DNA of 64,000 nt from the NCBI GenBank assembly GCA_965112735.1, contig OZ218951.1, positions 1,302,001 to 1,366,000 of the forward strand. Reading direction: 5' to 3'. The DNA comes from Phaeosaccion multiseriatum. Lineage: Eukaryota > Protista > Ochrophyta, other classes. Under the pieces are notes generated by a model. That model did not search any database and was not told where the DNA came from. It was given only the letters and a program-made list of their open reading frames with translations. Position numbers and translations under genes: made by a program. Positions 1 through 11,874 of this stretch are shown piece after piece (position 1 is the stretch's first letter; the number at the start of each line of letters is the position of its first letter).

Positions 1-1567
1 TGCCTTGCTCGAATCTCCGCGCCTTGCCTCGATCCAGCCTCCTTGTGGGAGCGGCCAAGGCCACTACCGACGACGGCAACTGGGGTGCTCCTCCCCCGTA
101 CCACCCTCCTCCTCCTCTCCCTCCTTCTCCCCCTCCGCCTCCACCTCCCCCTGGTCCCCCTCTTCCCCCCCCCCCTCCTCCTCCTCCTGCTCCTGCAGCG
201 GCTTGGTCGTTGCAGTTGATGAGCCTGTGCACAGCAACAATGGGGCGCTCCTTCTCGCGTACATTGAGCCCAATGGTGCTGCTCCTATGTAAGTCATCGA
301 GCCCTAGGGAGCTCCTGCCGCTGCCCTTGAAGGCTCGAATGATGCGAGCCTCCCTCTCTGCTCCGTGCTCTGCCAGCCAGCGGGATTCCAGTACTTTTTG
401 TTGTAGCGAGTGAAGGAAGGAAGGAAGCGGGCAAGAAAATACGGCGGTTAGGTGAAGGTGAAGGCATTCTCGTCTTCGGTCCCCGCATCCACTACCATTC
501 CCAACTGCACCTCCTTGTCCTCACCCACCTACCCTCCCGCTCGCCTTGTTCTCTACACACGCACACACGCATGCACGCACATACCCACACCCACACGCAC
601 CCACACACTCACGCACCCGCATTGATCACCAGGTGTGCCAGCACGAGCAGCAGGAAGCCGCCCACCGCCAGGAGAGCCGTCCCGGACAGCAGAGACGCCC
701 CGTCCGAGAGGCATTGACCCCGCTCCGCCTCCCTCAGGGCCCTCCCCCCCCCCCCCTCCATCTCCTCCATCATCCCCTCCGATCCCTCCACAGCCAGGCT
801 GCCCTCACTGCCATCACCGCCTTCATCGTTGTCCTCTTGCTGGCCCGTCCCGAACATCGTGTGGTGGTGGTCGCGACCGCCGAACAGTCTGGCGACGCTC
901 GGGCTGTACCACAAGTTGGACCACTTCAGCTCGCCTGTGTGTGGTGCGTATGTGCGTGTGTGTATGTGAAGGAAGTGTGGTCAGCACGCTACGCTGTACA
1001 AAACACCACCACCACCACCACCACCACCACCACCACCACCACCAGCAACAACAACAAGAACACCCCCACTCGTCCTCCTCCTTGCCTGTGAACGCCGCAA
1101 ACTGGCTTGATTGCTCTGCGACGGCCACGAAGGCCAGAAGTGCCACATACTGCATCTGCGCCAGGAGGAGGGTCGCCAAGGTAGCGGATGGACTCCGTTT
1201 GGTACCCGCAAAGAGGGAGGAGGAGCGGCCCCCGGGCACGTTACGTGCGCTGGCGATACCCATGGCGAGGGCCAAGAGAACCGCTCCGGCTCCGACAACC
1301 ATGGCCACCTGGGGGGGCGGGGGTGGGAGGCAGGGTGGTGTTGGCTCTCTCGCTGTCCTCTCTCCCATTCTTGTAGAGCTACCAAGGTGGGTGTGTGTGT
1401 GTGTGGCGTGACTACTGGGCCTGTAACAACCAAAAGAGCTGAGGTATGGCAGTGCTCTAGGAACTTACCTTGCCCAGGAAGCTCCACCGCTCGTCGGGCA
1501 CGTAGTCTGACAAATCGGAAAAAAGCGCCCTCCTCCCCTCATGCAACGGCTCCGCTTCCGCCGTCAT
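1..1567 (-). CDS. Multi-pass membrane protein (possible TRP/FLC-like or GPCR-like TM region); 3' end runs off the window
   Basis: Spliced model: ATG 1567, exons ~1567-1469, 1308-1086, 934-617 and ~392-<1. It reads MTAEAEPLH...WSFLGK|VAMVVGAGAVLLALAMG...LLLAQMQYVALLAFVAV...FAAFTG|ELKWSNLWY...LLAVGGFLLLVLAHLVINA, with several hydrophobic helices. The family guess is weak. Confidence 0.55.
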
Positions 1568-2477
1568 GGTGGCATCGCAGTGAGCTGTTTGGTCTGTAGC
1601 GACGACCAGCACAAAGGATCAGGTGCACACCCGCACATCAGATGCGGAAAGGACGGCAAAAAGTTCAAAGTTGGTCTAAGACGTGATAGGCCCAACACCA
1701 CCACTGGCAGTAGCAACAACACAACAAAGAAACCAGGAAGGCGTGCAGACGAGACTATCCGAAAGGGAACGAGACGCGCTCCGCCCCCCCCCCCTACCCA
1801 GCCCCCTCTCTCCGACCCCCCGTCCCCCACCCTACCCCCGCACCTGAGAGCAGCAACAACAGCAACGCCAAGACGCCACCCCCGCTCATCATCCCATGCA
1901 GGCCCATCCCTGACCCGCCTCGTCTGGCCGCTCCTGGCTTCACACAGTCGCCCACACTTTGTGCCTAGCGTACAACTGCGATGGCCCGCCGTTCATGCCG
2001 AGGGGGCTAGCAGTTTCCCACCCCTCAGAGGCCTTTCGGGTCCCGTTCTATCCTTCTTGCACCGCTTGATCAAAGAGACCAGAGAAAGCAAGACGGTGCT
2101 TGCCGATGTCCCTCTCAGACGCCCAACTCTCGTGCACACACACACACACACACAGCAACCAGCCGGAGGCCCAGAGAGCGGGGAAGAGACTCCACGAGCT
2201 TCTACCCCTCCCTCGCCGGCCTGGTGGGAGGGCAAAATTTAGAAAATGAGTGCGAGTTTAAATTGGGAGGGGTGAAGTAGCTCTTGGTGGACCCCTCGGC
2301 CCCCTCTAAGGGAGAAAAAAGCGTGCACTTCACAACGGAGGTGGAGCCTCCTCCTCCAACTCCGACAAGAGGGAACGTCCGCCAACTCACGAGGACACCA
2401 GAAGGATTGTGGGTGTACCGAAGCCATGTATGTGACTACGCCTTCTCCCCATCCAAACCAATAGCTGTGCTGGGGGA

Positions 2478-4019
2478 ATGGCAGACTTGGCAGCATTAGC
2501 ATTAGCCGAAGGTGAGGCTGAAGCCGAAGCTGGAGCATTAACTCCAGCAGCAGATGACTCAACAACGGTGTGCTCTGATGAAAGCGGTGTGTCTGACAAC
2601 CACCTGGGGGACGTCTCTGAGATGTCCAACTCTCGGCAGCGCCATTTGAAGCCCCAGAAGAAGGGCAAGAGGCGGGGCGGCGGGGCGAGGGAGCCGTCCT
2701 CCACCGCTGCATCAGCGGCGAGTTCTGCTACGGAGGACGGCGTCTCGGAACGAGACTTGCGCTGGGGGGTTGGCGACCACGAGGTCCACCTGGGGGGTGT
2801 TTTGCAGCGACCAGGAGGGAGGGGTGGAAGACAAGATCGAGGAGAAAGGCAGCGAGCGCTTCTTCTCAGCGCGTTCGAGCAGTTGGGGGTCGAAAGGGCG
2901 AAAGGGGCGCCCTTTTCCGACAGAGGAGGTGACGGAGGGGGGGACCAGGAAGGCGGCAGGCGAGAAGGAGGTGGAGCGGGAGAAGGCCTTGCTTCTTCGC
3001 GTCGCCACCCTATGGTGGTGCTACCGCCACACCCTCGCCAGCTGCGGAGAGAGAGTGAGAACTACCAAGCAGCGTTTGACGCGCTGATGGAGCGATTACT
3101 GCGACTTCGAGGATTTACTCCTTCCAAGGAAGAGCGAGAGGAGGAGGACGAGGAGGAGAGTGAAGAGGAAGTGGACAGCAGCAGCCAGAGCCAGGGGGGG
3201 GGGAGAGGAAGAGAGGCCTCCCTCAGCACGACTATAAACTCCTCTCCGGACATTTCGTGCGATGACAGCAGCTCTGCCCCACCTGCCGCTCCTGCTTCGA
3301 CTGTGGCCAGTGGCACCACCGCGCTGCCCAAACCTCCAGCTGCTGCCACGCGCCTGTCTCCCTCGGCGGGTGTGGGATTGGGCATACTCGTGCAAAGCTT
3401 CAAGGTCCGTTGTGCCGAGTGCATAGAGGCTCTGAAGAAAGGAATGCCCATGCGTCTGCTGTCGCGGACTGTTGTGTCCAATACGACGGCGGCGGCGGAG
3501 GTGGAGGAGGAGGAGGAGGAGGGAGGGGGAGGGGGGGGGGAGGAGGATGGTAATGGGGCCTCTGTGGAATGCATCATGACGCTGACCTCAGACGGGAGCA
3601 TTCAGCTTAGAAGACAAGGGAAAAGCAGGGCAGCAGCAGCAGCAGATGGCGACGGCTGTGACGACACGAACGACAGCGCTGGGGCTCTCCTGGCCAGTGT
3701 CAGGGGCGAACATGTCTCCTGCGTCAAGTGCCTTGTGGATGGGGTGCTGCTGGTGGAGATTCACGATGAAGGCGACGGGGCTGCTACCACCAACACCACC
3801 ATCACCACCACCACCAGCAGCAGCAGCAGCAGCGGCAACCGACAGCACTCGCTTCTCCTCGGAGGAGGGCCTCTGCAGCTTGACAGTGACAAGGACCTTG
3901 CAGCTACAGGTACTGAAGGCCAGCGGTGTAGACAGGTTGTAGCGCGGAAGTAACGGGACCTGTTCGAACCTTCTCTTTCTCTTTCTCTCCCTCTCTCCCT
4001 CCCTCCCTCTCTCTCTCTC

Positions 4020-4066
<47 letters not shown>

Positions 4067-4864
4067 ATGTACGTCTGTCTATATGCACCTCATTCTAAAC
4101 CCTTGCCCGGCCTGGTCCCGCCCGGCGTCTTTCATTGCGCTTCTTGTCTGTTCTGTCCTCCAAACGTGTGCTGTGATGCGCTGCGCTCCTCTCTCCCTCC
4201 TTTGCTCACTCACTCACTCACTCACTCACTCACTCACTCACTCACTCCCTAACTCCCTCACTCACTCACTCATTCCCTCGCTCACTCACTCACTCACTCA
4301 CCCACCCGACGACCACACGCAGCACTCGGACTCGTTGCGGTGAAGACCGCCATGGCCACAAAGACCAGTCGAGGCCCCACATCAGGTGCGCAGACACCAA
4401 CAGCAACAACAACAGGGGGGGCACCAGCAGAAGCAGCAGTAGCGACAGCAGCAGCGGCAGTAGGCGCGGGTTCTGCTCTCTTGTGGCAGGGAGCCAGGCT
4501 CTGTGTCAGTGAGCTTTGCAGCAGCAGCAGGAGCGGCGGCAACAGGGGTGTTGGGCACGCCTCGACACGTGGAGGAGGGGGAGAGGGCGACAGCGAAGAC
4601 GACGGAAACCAAGCGGACTACTCAGACGACGAGGGTGTCTGTGACTCCAGTGAGGAGAATGGCTCCGATGAGGAGGTGGGTGAAGCAGCTGCAGGAGGAG
4701 GAGGAGGAGGAGGAGGAAGGGGGGGGCGGAGGAGAAGGAGGGGGAGGCGGAGGGAAGGCCCTCTGGGCTTTCGGGATGCCGTGTCGCTCGTTGAGAAGGA
4801 AGTGGAGCAGCTCTGTCAGCAGTACCGGATCCTCGACCCTCCGCTGCTGCTCCGAGCGGCTTGA
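2478..4864 (+). CDS. Hypothetical low-complexity protein with possible PH-like domain; true start uncertain
   Basis: ORF 2478..3953 joins ORF 4340..4864 through a phase-compatible GT-AG intron (3910-4322) filled with CT/CACT repeats. The junction reads DKDLAAT|ALGLVAVK. The beta-rich segment IEALKKGMPMRLL...CIMTLTSDGSIQLRR...VLLVEI followed by a helix resembles a PH fold. Confidence 0.5.
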
Positions 4865-5189
4865 GAAGGAACAAGTGCTTTACCGCCCCCACCCCTTCCC
4901 ATCGAACACGTCTACTTTTTTTATATATATGTATGCCTATAATACCTGTTGCCTTCTAATTACTATGGTACCTGCCAAATACCTACATTGTATAGAGTCA
5001 ATAAATATCATCCGCGATGGCGTGCCGTTCCCCCCTCATCCCCTCCGCCAGTGCAGCTCAAGGTTGAAGGCTTGTCGGGACATAACTCCCCCATGGGACT
5101 TGACTTCATTTCCTGGTTGTGAAGGGATCTGACTAAAACTAAATCACTGAACCAACTAAAATGGCCCTTTGACGAGCTAAATTTGATGA

Positions 5190-6124
5190 CTAAAATGATC
5201 CGTTGTCTTCTCCATAGTACTTCTCCTCCTCGGCCCTTTGCCTTCGCGTCTCCTTAATGATTTTGTATTTGTACTCCTGCCCCTCGAGCTTCTTGTACAG
5301 GGTGCAGTAGTTGCCCTTATATTTGTTCACGAAGCCCTCGATCTGGAGGGAGAGAAGAGGTAGACACACACGCAAACACACAGAGAGAGAGGGAGACAGA
5401 CAGAGAGACAAAGTGTTAGAGAGAGGGATAGATAAGAGTGAGAGAGAGAGAGAAAAAAAAAGCGCAATACTTGGCGCAGTACTTGGCGCGCTGCACCTGT
5501 TGTCAGACCGAAAGACCTGCTACTTCGATGCAAGAGGGGCTGGGGCGGGGATGGAAACTCAACTCGCTCCCTCGCTCTATACCCTAGTCGCATGCGTGCA
5601 TTCTCTCGCCGAGGAGCAGCGGGGAGGCACCACCCATCCTGACCTAACTAACCCACCTTTGGCAGCTTCGACCGGTCCCACTTGGTGTAAAACTCCTTCA
5701 TGTAGTCTCTGGGGTGCGTCACGAGGCCCGTGTTGATGACCACGTCCATGCAGGACGCGCGGTCCGTGATGAAGACCAACGCGGTCATGACCACCGGGCC
5801 GAACACCACAAACAGCAGAATGAGGGGCAGCAATTTGACGCCCTCCTTCTTCCGGTTCGGGTCCAGCTCCTCGTCCCTGTCACAACAGCCCCCCCCGCCG
5901 CTCCTCCTCTTGTCTCCCTCGCCATCCAAGCCCATGAGTCCGCCTAATCGAATGCCACCGCTGGTCGGCGCTACCCCTCCCTCCTTCTTGGCCTTCCTCT
6001 TCTTCAGCCCATCCTTCCCCTCCTTACTCTTCTTCTTCGCCGCTATCACCGGCTCCGCGTCGTCATCCGCCAGCAGAGGCTCGCCAGAGACCGGGTCCAG
6101 CTCCTGGATGAGCGGCCCGTCCAT
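5190..6124 (-). CDS. Hypothetical single-TM protein with C-terminal FY...KL...KY.G...LY.KLE helical motif
   Basis: Exons 6124-5657 and 5342-5190 with a GT-AG intron rich in CT/GT repeats. TM segment LLPLILLFVVFGPVVMTALVFI. The spliced C-terminus reads YMKEFYTKWDRSKLPK|IEGFVNKYKGNYCTLYKKLEGQEY. Confidence 0.75.
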
Positions 6125-6483
6125 AGTTCCCGCCCTCCGTCACCCGCTGGGCTTTAGGCTCGCTCTCCTCAGACGGAGTCCCCCCACGAGTCTGCGAAGA
6201 TGACTGTCGAGTAGAGTACACGGTGTGGAAAGTGCTGTGGAAAGGGTTTCTTTTGCGCTCCACTCTGGGTCTGTGCGGGGCCCTGTGATAAAATGATGAC
6301 AATCGCCTCGTGTGAAAAAACAGTCCTGACACCACTTCATAAGACTTACGTGAGGATACGTAAGCTGGATCCCCATTCAAGGAGCGGGTGGGCACACCAC
6401 CGTCGCTGTCGATTAGAGCACCTGCTGCCGCCCTCCTCTCTGTGATTAGTAGCCCTCTGCCTCTCCTCTCTCTGCGCTACATC

Positions 6484-6730
6484 ATGGTCAAGTCCCTCCC
6501 AGTTCTCGGGGCGTTTGCGCTCTGCGTATCCAGTGCAGGAGCCTTCAGCCCAGGCGTGTTCCCTGCCCGAGCCGTGGCCCCCAGGCAGCAGCAGGCCCAG
6601 CAGCAGCAGCAGCAGCCACGGTCGCAATGGTAAGTGCTAGCTGGAGAGGGGGGTCGAGGGAGGAGACTTGTCGTCCGAAAATCGCTGGGGGAGAGAGAAG
6701 GAAGGAAAAACAAAGAATGTGAGCGAGAGG

Positions 6731-6763
<33 letters not shown>

Positions 6764-9502
6764 TGGAATCAACAAGCCGCAGCGGCAGCGGGCATTAGCG
6801 GAAGTCGTGGACGGGCTAGGAAGAGGGATGGCATCCTGCTTGTGGGGTCCTTGCTGACCACAAAGCTCATCGCACAACGTATGTATGTGATGCGCATACG
6901 TATTGGGTCAATTTTTGCGCGCAAATAGAGACAGGGGAGGAGCAGCAGCAGCAGTAAGGGGCTCTGGTTGACCATAGCATTTCGGCGGGTTACTAGCGCC
7001 TTCCATGCGCGCAAGAGCATGAGCATTGACGGACCAGAGCAGCAGGGAACTTCTGCTGAACCTGCTGCTACTATCCCCCAAGCCCAAGCCACAGTGGAAG
7101 TGGAAGCGGGGGCCTGCGTTTCTTGCGTGGGCGACACGCTGCTGTTATCTAGACTCTTCGCGCCCTGGCGTGGGGTCTAGCCTTGTGTCTTTGTGGGGGG
7201 GGGGGGGGCGGGGCGGGGCGGGCGGCGAAGGAAGCAGCACCAGAAGCGTTTCGGCAGAGGCGCCGTGGGGTTGGAATGCTACGGATGAGCCCCCGGCGTT
7301 TCAGTGGAAGTCGTTCTCTCGTCGCAGGAGAGTCCTTTCGACGTCGACGTGCACAGCAGCAGCAGCAACAGCAGACGAAACGATGGGAGGAGGGACACAG
7401 CACATTCCATCGACTTTACATGGTTCAGTCGGGGGTGGTGGTGGTGGCGCTGCTGCTGCTACCACCATGCTGTATGCTACTTCACATATCCCCCCTACCA
7501 TATACTCAGCGGCCTCTCATGTCCGTTTCATTCTCACACCCGCCTTTGTGTGTCGTTTCCTCCCTCCTCCTGCCCCCCCCCCCCACACACTCTCTCCTGC
7601 AATATCAGGGTCGCCTCCCCCCTTTCCATGGCGACTGAGGACGCTGAAGTGAAGGCTGTCCCCGCCACCAAACCCGCCTCCTCCTCCTCGTCCTCCTCCT
7701 CCTCCAGCTCCGATACGGCCATTGTACCGATCAACAAGGAGAACATCGAGTTTGGAGTGGGAGTAGTTGGTGGCGTCGCAGGTACGCAGCTCAACTCTAT
7801 GTCTGGCTCGCTGGCTCACCGGGCCGGGCTCTGTCTCCGTCTCTATCTTGTCTCTATCTTGTCTCTTGCTGTTCACAAATTCGCTGCTGGTCTGGCTTTA
7901 CCGCATGTGGCCCCTCCTTTTGGGCCCCGTCCTTAGCTTGCTCTCGTGACATGTGACAAAACAAGCAATATTTTCGTTATGTTCCAAACCCCTAACCATT
8001 TGATTTAACGCCACACTCACCACAGGTTTCGTCACCGGTGGCCCCGTTCTGGCGGCCCTGCTTGCCGTGTTGGTGAACTACGGCTCAAGGCAAGAAGGAG
8101 AGGTTGGCGACGCCGTGCGAGGGGTGGGCAAGTCCGCCATTGAGACGTTCAACTTCTTCATGGGCGTCAACACCAAGTACTCTGTCACCGAGAAGACCAG
8201 CAAGGCCCTGTCCGAGGCAGTGGACAAGCTCAAGGCGGGAGAGAGCGCCGAAGCCGTTGAGAAGGTGAGAAGAAGAAGGAAAAAGGAGCGAGGGAAAGTT
8301 TGCGAGACAAGAGTGACAAAAGTGAGAGGTACAGAGGCAGAGCCAAACGCTCTGGTGCTTTTTGCCCCCCCTCAGCTCCCCTCCTCGCCCTCGCGATTCG
8401 AGTCTAGTGTGAATATGAATAGCACGTAAGGCCTTGTCCTCCCCCCTTAACGCCTTCTCCTCCCTACCCCTCTCTCCACTCACCCTACACCCTCTTGCTT
8501 GTGTGTCTGCTGCTCTGACTGCGGGCTCTGACGGCTTGTGCCTCTCTTCTCTCTTTTCGTATACAAAGGTCGAGAACGTGATCAAGGGTGCCACGTCCCA
8601 GGCCAGCAAGATCACGGCCGAGTACGATCTCTTGGCCAAGGGCAAGCAGGTAAGGGAGTGAGGACATGGAGGTGTATGGGCAGGGCACGGCAGGGGAGAG
8701 GCATATGCGTAGAGGCCAGGGCACCACAGCAGAGTGCGTGGGGGGCTGAGCTAGCTGCACTGAGCTAAAAGAGGGGAAACACAAACCCAAAAGTGTGCGG
8801 ATGGGGAGGGAGGGGGGGCGGAGAATGATGCGTGCGTTGCGAGGAAGCCATGCGCATTGGCGGGGATGCCTTGGACTGACTTGACTGTACTGCTCTGCCC
8901 TCGGATACCTCCCTCCCTCCTTCTGATTCCTTGTGCTTTGCTCTGCCCGCTGATACCTCCCTCCCTCCTACCTGCCTCCTGACACCAGGCATTGGGTGTG
9001 GTGGGCGAGTTCACCGACCAGGCTATCGAGAAGGGCCTCGAGCTTGAGAAGGAGTACAAGGTATGTGCGTGTGTGCGTGCGCGGTGGGGTGGGGTCTCTC
9101 TCTGCATGCCTGTGTGTGTGGGTGTGCTCCCTACACGTTCAAGTCCTCTATAGTATGCGTGCTGCTCCTCCCTCTGGTATGGTAGTCAGGTCACATGTCT
9201 GGCAACCTTCTCTTTTCTCTCCGTATGCGTTTTCCCACTTGAGCTACATGCAAAGAGGGCGGCCGAGGAAACCGAGCTTGTCTATGGTCTGTTTTGTTGT
9301 GTTGTTTGCCTCTGTCCCTTCCTTCCCACCTCCCACCACCTCGTCCTTGTCCTCCTCCTTTTCCTCCTCCTCCTCCTCCTCCTCCTCCTCACCACTGCCC
9401 CCCCCCCCCCTCCTGCTTCTTCCTCTTTCTCAGCTGACGGACCAGGCCACGGCCAAGGCGAAGGAGGCCTACGAGGAGCTCAAGAAGACCACCAAGAAAT
9501 AA
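6484..9502 (+). CDS. Plastid-targeted hypothetical protein (bipartite presequence, Gly-rich TM segment, helical Lys/Glu-rich C-terminus)
   Basis: MVKSLPVLGAFALCVSSAGA-FSP is a signal peptide with an ASAFAP-type cleavage site. Six exons, ~6484-6629, 7609-7781, 8026-8263, 8569-8649, 8989-9060 and 9434-9502, all with GT/AG ends and a continuous frame. Confidence 0.8.
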
Positions 9503-10261
9503 ACACATCAATCGATCCACAATTGATTATGACCACAGCAGACAGACAGGCTACAGCACAGCACAGGATATGGAGCGGAAGAGGGAGCGGGGGAATGCTC
9601 GGGGTGCAGGGCTTGGCAAGTCGAGGAGGGGTGGTGCGGGGGCTGTGAGGAGAGCGAGGGGGGGAGGGAGAGTGAGTCAATGGTCGTAGGGTGAGAGACT
9701 GAATTGAATTGGGTTGGCTTGTTTTGTGCAGTGTCGCTGGCTCCTCTCTGTCTCCCTGCTGGGTCGGTGTTGTTCAGTTCACACACGTGTTGGATTGGAA
9801 AACACAAAGTGCGAGCGACGCTCTCCCGGGCGCCTCGTGCCTGGCAGGGGTGGGGGAGGGAGGAGAGGAGGGAGGGAGGGAGGGGGGGGGGGGGGGTGTA
9901 GACTAGACCCATCCATCGCAACAACGTGCTGCCCTCCCGCGGGCGTTACATAATGCGCACGACATACTAAAAAGGTTGTGTGTGTGTGTGTACGCGAGTG
10001 TACGCCTGTGCGTGTGTGTCGCGTGCATGTGTGAGTGTGTGTGTGTGTGTGTGAGTGGGAATCGGTTTGACCTGCAGCGGCTGCGGCTGCGGCTGCGGCT
10101 GCGGCTGTTTGCATTTTTTTTACGCAAGAACATCACTTGACGGAGAGTATTTAGAGCTCCCCTTGTCAGAGCACATCATTAAATACATTTTATTTCCTTT
10201 CATTTTGTAGAGTGGAGAGTGGAGGACACACACACACACAGAGAGAGAGAGAGGCCATACA

Positions 10262-10725
10262 TCGGCCCCATGCACGCCTAGCGGTTTTGCTCTAGGCCGC
10301 TAGGCCGCTCGGGGGGGGGCCTTCGGCCGATCTACGCCGCTCACTTTTCAGTCCTAGGCGGCCTCTAGCCCGCCTCTAGGCAGCCTCCCAGTGACCGTGG
10401 GCGCGTGCGTGGTGCCGCCCAGCCAGTGGGTAGCAGCACACCTGTAGGTCTGCACTCCTCGTAGGGCCAGCGAGGCGGAAGAGACAACACGAACCAAGTC
10501 ACACTCCTCACTTCCACTCCCATGCAATGAAACTGACTACTCTTTGCACTCTGGGCACTCCCACCGTCCGCCTAGTTGGCTGGCGTCTGCCCTAGGACGC
10601 GCGGGCCTCCGGCCCGCCTAGGCCGCCTAGGCGCCGGCATATAAATAGGCCGAGGGCCTACGGCCCTCGCTAGGCCGGGCAATTTTCCCAAATAGGCCTA
10701 GGCCGCTAGGCGTGCATGGGGCCGA
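10262..10725. mobile_element. Non-autonomous TIR DNA transposon (MITE-like), 464 bp
   Basis: Perfect 23-bp TIRs TCGGCCCCATGCACGCCTAGCGG (10262-10284 and 10703-10725). Flanking direct repeat CCATACA on both sides. Many subterminal (C)CTAGG/CTAGGCCGC motifs. Confidence 0.85.
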
Positions 10726-10776
10726 CCATACATACCTGGGACAGTTCGGCCCCACCCCCCACTTGTTCGGCTGTGA

Positions 10777-10876
10777 TCGGCCCCTGACAAGGTTCTAAAG
10801 GCCCAGGGAGAGGTATTGGCATAATGAGGGCCAGGTTCCAGGTCCTGGCCCCGCTCAGAACCTTGTCAGGGGCCGA
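10777..10876. mobile_element. 100-bp mini TIR element
   Basis: Perfect 20-bp inverted repeat TCGGCCCCTGACAAGGTTCT (10777-10796 and 10857-10876). Flanks CTGTGA and CTGCGA form a one-mismatch direct repeat. It has the same terminal 8 bp as the neighbouring MITE. Confidence 0.65.
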
Positions 10877-10979
10877 CTGCGATGCCCTAAACATAGGGTC
10901 TGAAGCTGTAGTCCCCAGTCTGAAGCGCTCTACTCTTTCTCATGATTCCTCATCAAGTTAGTAAATACCCCAGCAGCGG

Positions 10980-11560
10980 CCTTCTCCCCCAATTTCCGAA
11001 GCCACCTCGAGTATATAGTCTGGGAGTGAACGTCCCTCGCCTGTGGCGGGACCCCCCTCTGTTTGCCACAGGTGGGGTCGATCGCGCGCATCAGGCGCAG
11101 GGCAGTCTGCGATTGGAAGAAATCTGCTGCTATGGCGAGGAGGCGCTCTTTGCATTCACGCCACGAGGTTTACTGCCGTGCACGGAGCAGAGCGATGTCC
11201 ACCGATGCTCCAACTCAGAGGAGCTGTAGGGCGATGCCATGATGACCGTTAAGGAAGGCGCTGAGAAGTGGAGTCCTTCCAGTCGAGTCCAGAGTATCGC
11301 AAGTGTTGAGAAGAAGGTCACTACGGTTCGTGCCCTTCTTGAGCCAGGGGAAAGTGAGTGTTGAGTTGTAGCCACGCCAGTCACAGTTGGCGGCAGGATG
11401 TAGTCTCTCTGTACAACCGATCATCCTGTTCTCACTTTTTGTCAATGCCGCCTCCTCATTGAGCAGCCAGCTAGCGACTCCAGTATTCAACAGGTGAGAA
11501 CGTACGGGAGTACGTGCGTGACCGAGTGGTTGTTCCTCTTTGCGCTCTTGCCTCCAATAT
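10980..11560 (+). pseudogene. Possible decayed transposase fragment (hAT-like)
   Basis: Repeat-free, coding-like DNA broken by stops and frameshifts. Fragments HATRFTAV...MLQLRGAV, KKVTTVRALLEP and DVVSLYN loosely recall the hAT TR(F/W)...L.P region. It lies next to the TIR elements. Confidence 0.3.
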
Positions 11561-11874
11561 CCTCACTTCTCCGTCTCTCCCTCTTCTCCTTCCCCTCACC
11601 TCCCTCCCCCTCTCTTTTATTTCTCTTCAAGACCCGATCAACTCTTCAAAATACCCCCCCCTTTTCGCTTACTCGCCCTTATCGGTCTTGCTTCTTTGTG
11701 ACCACCACTAATGACCAGCATGGACAGATGAGGAGAGGATAGTTGAGAGAGCAAGCGAGGGAGAGAGAGAGAAGAGGAAGAGGGACAGAGCGAGGGAGAG
11801 GAGGAGAAGAGGGAGTGACCGAGGTAGAGAGAGCAAGAGAGTGAGTGAGCCAACAGAGCAACAAGCAAACAGAG

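Noticed and set aside
24-1411. Plus-strand Pro/His/Thr-rich ORFs (formin- or extensin-like)
   Set aside because: Antisense shadows of the minus-strand membrane-protein gene and its intronic repeats.
11395-11440. SLCTTDHPVLT resembling an intein/Hint block B
   Set aside because: It is flanked by stops and no block A or C-terminal HN motif was found. Probably chance.
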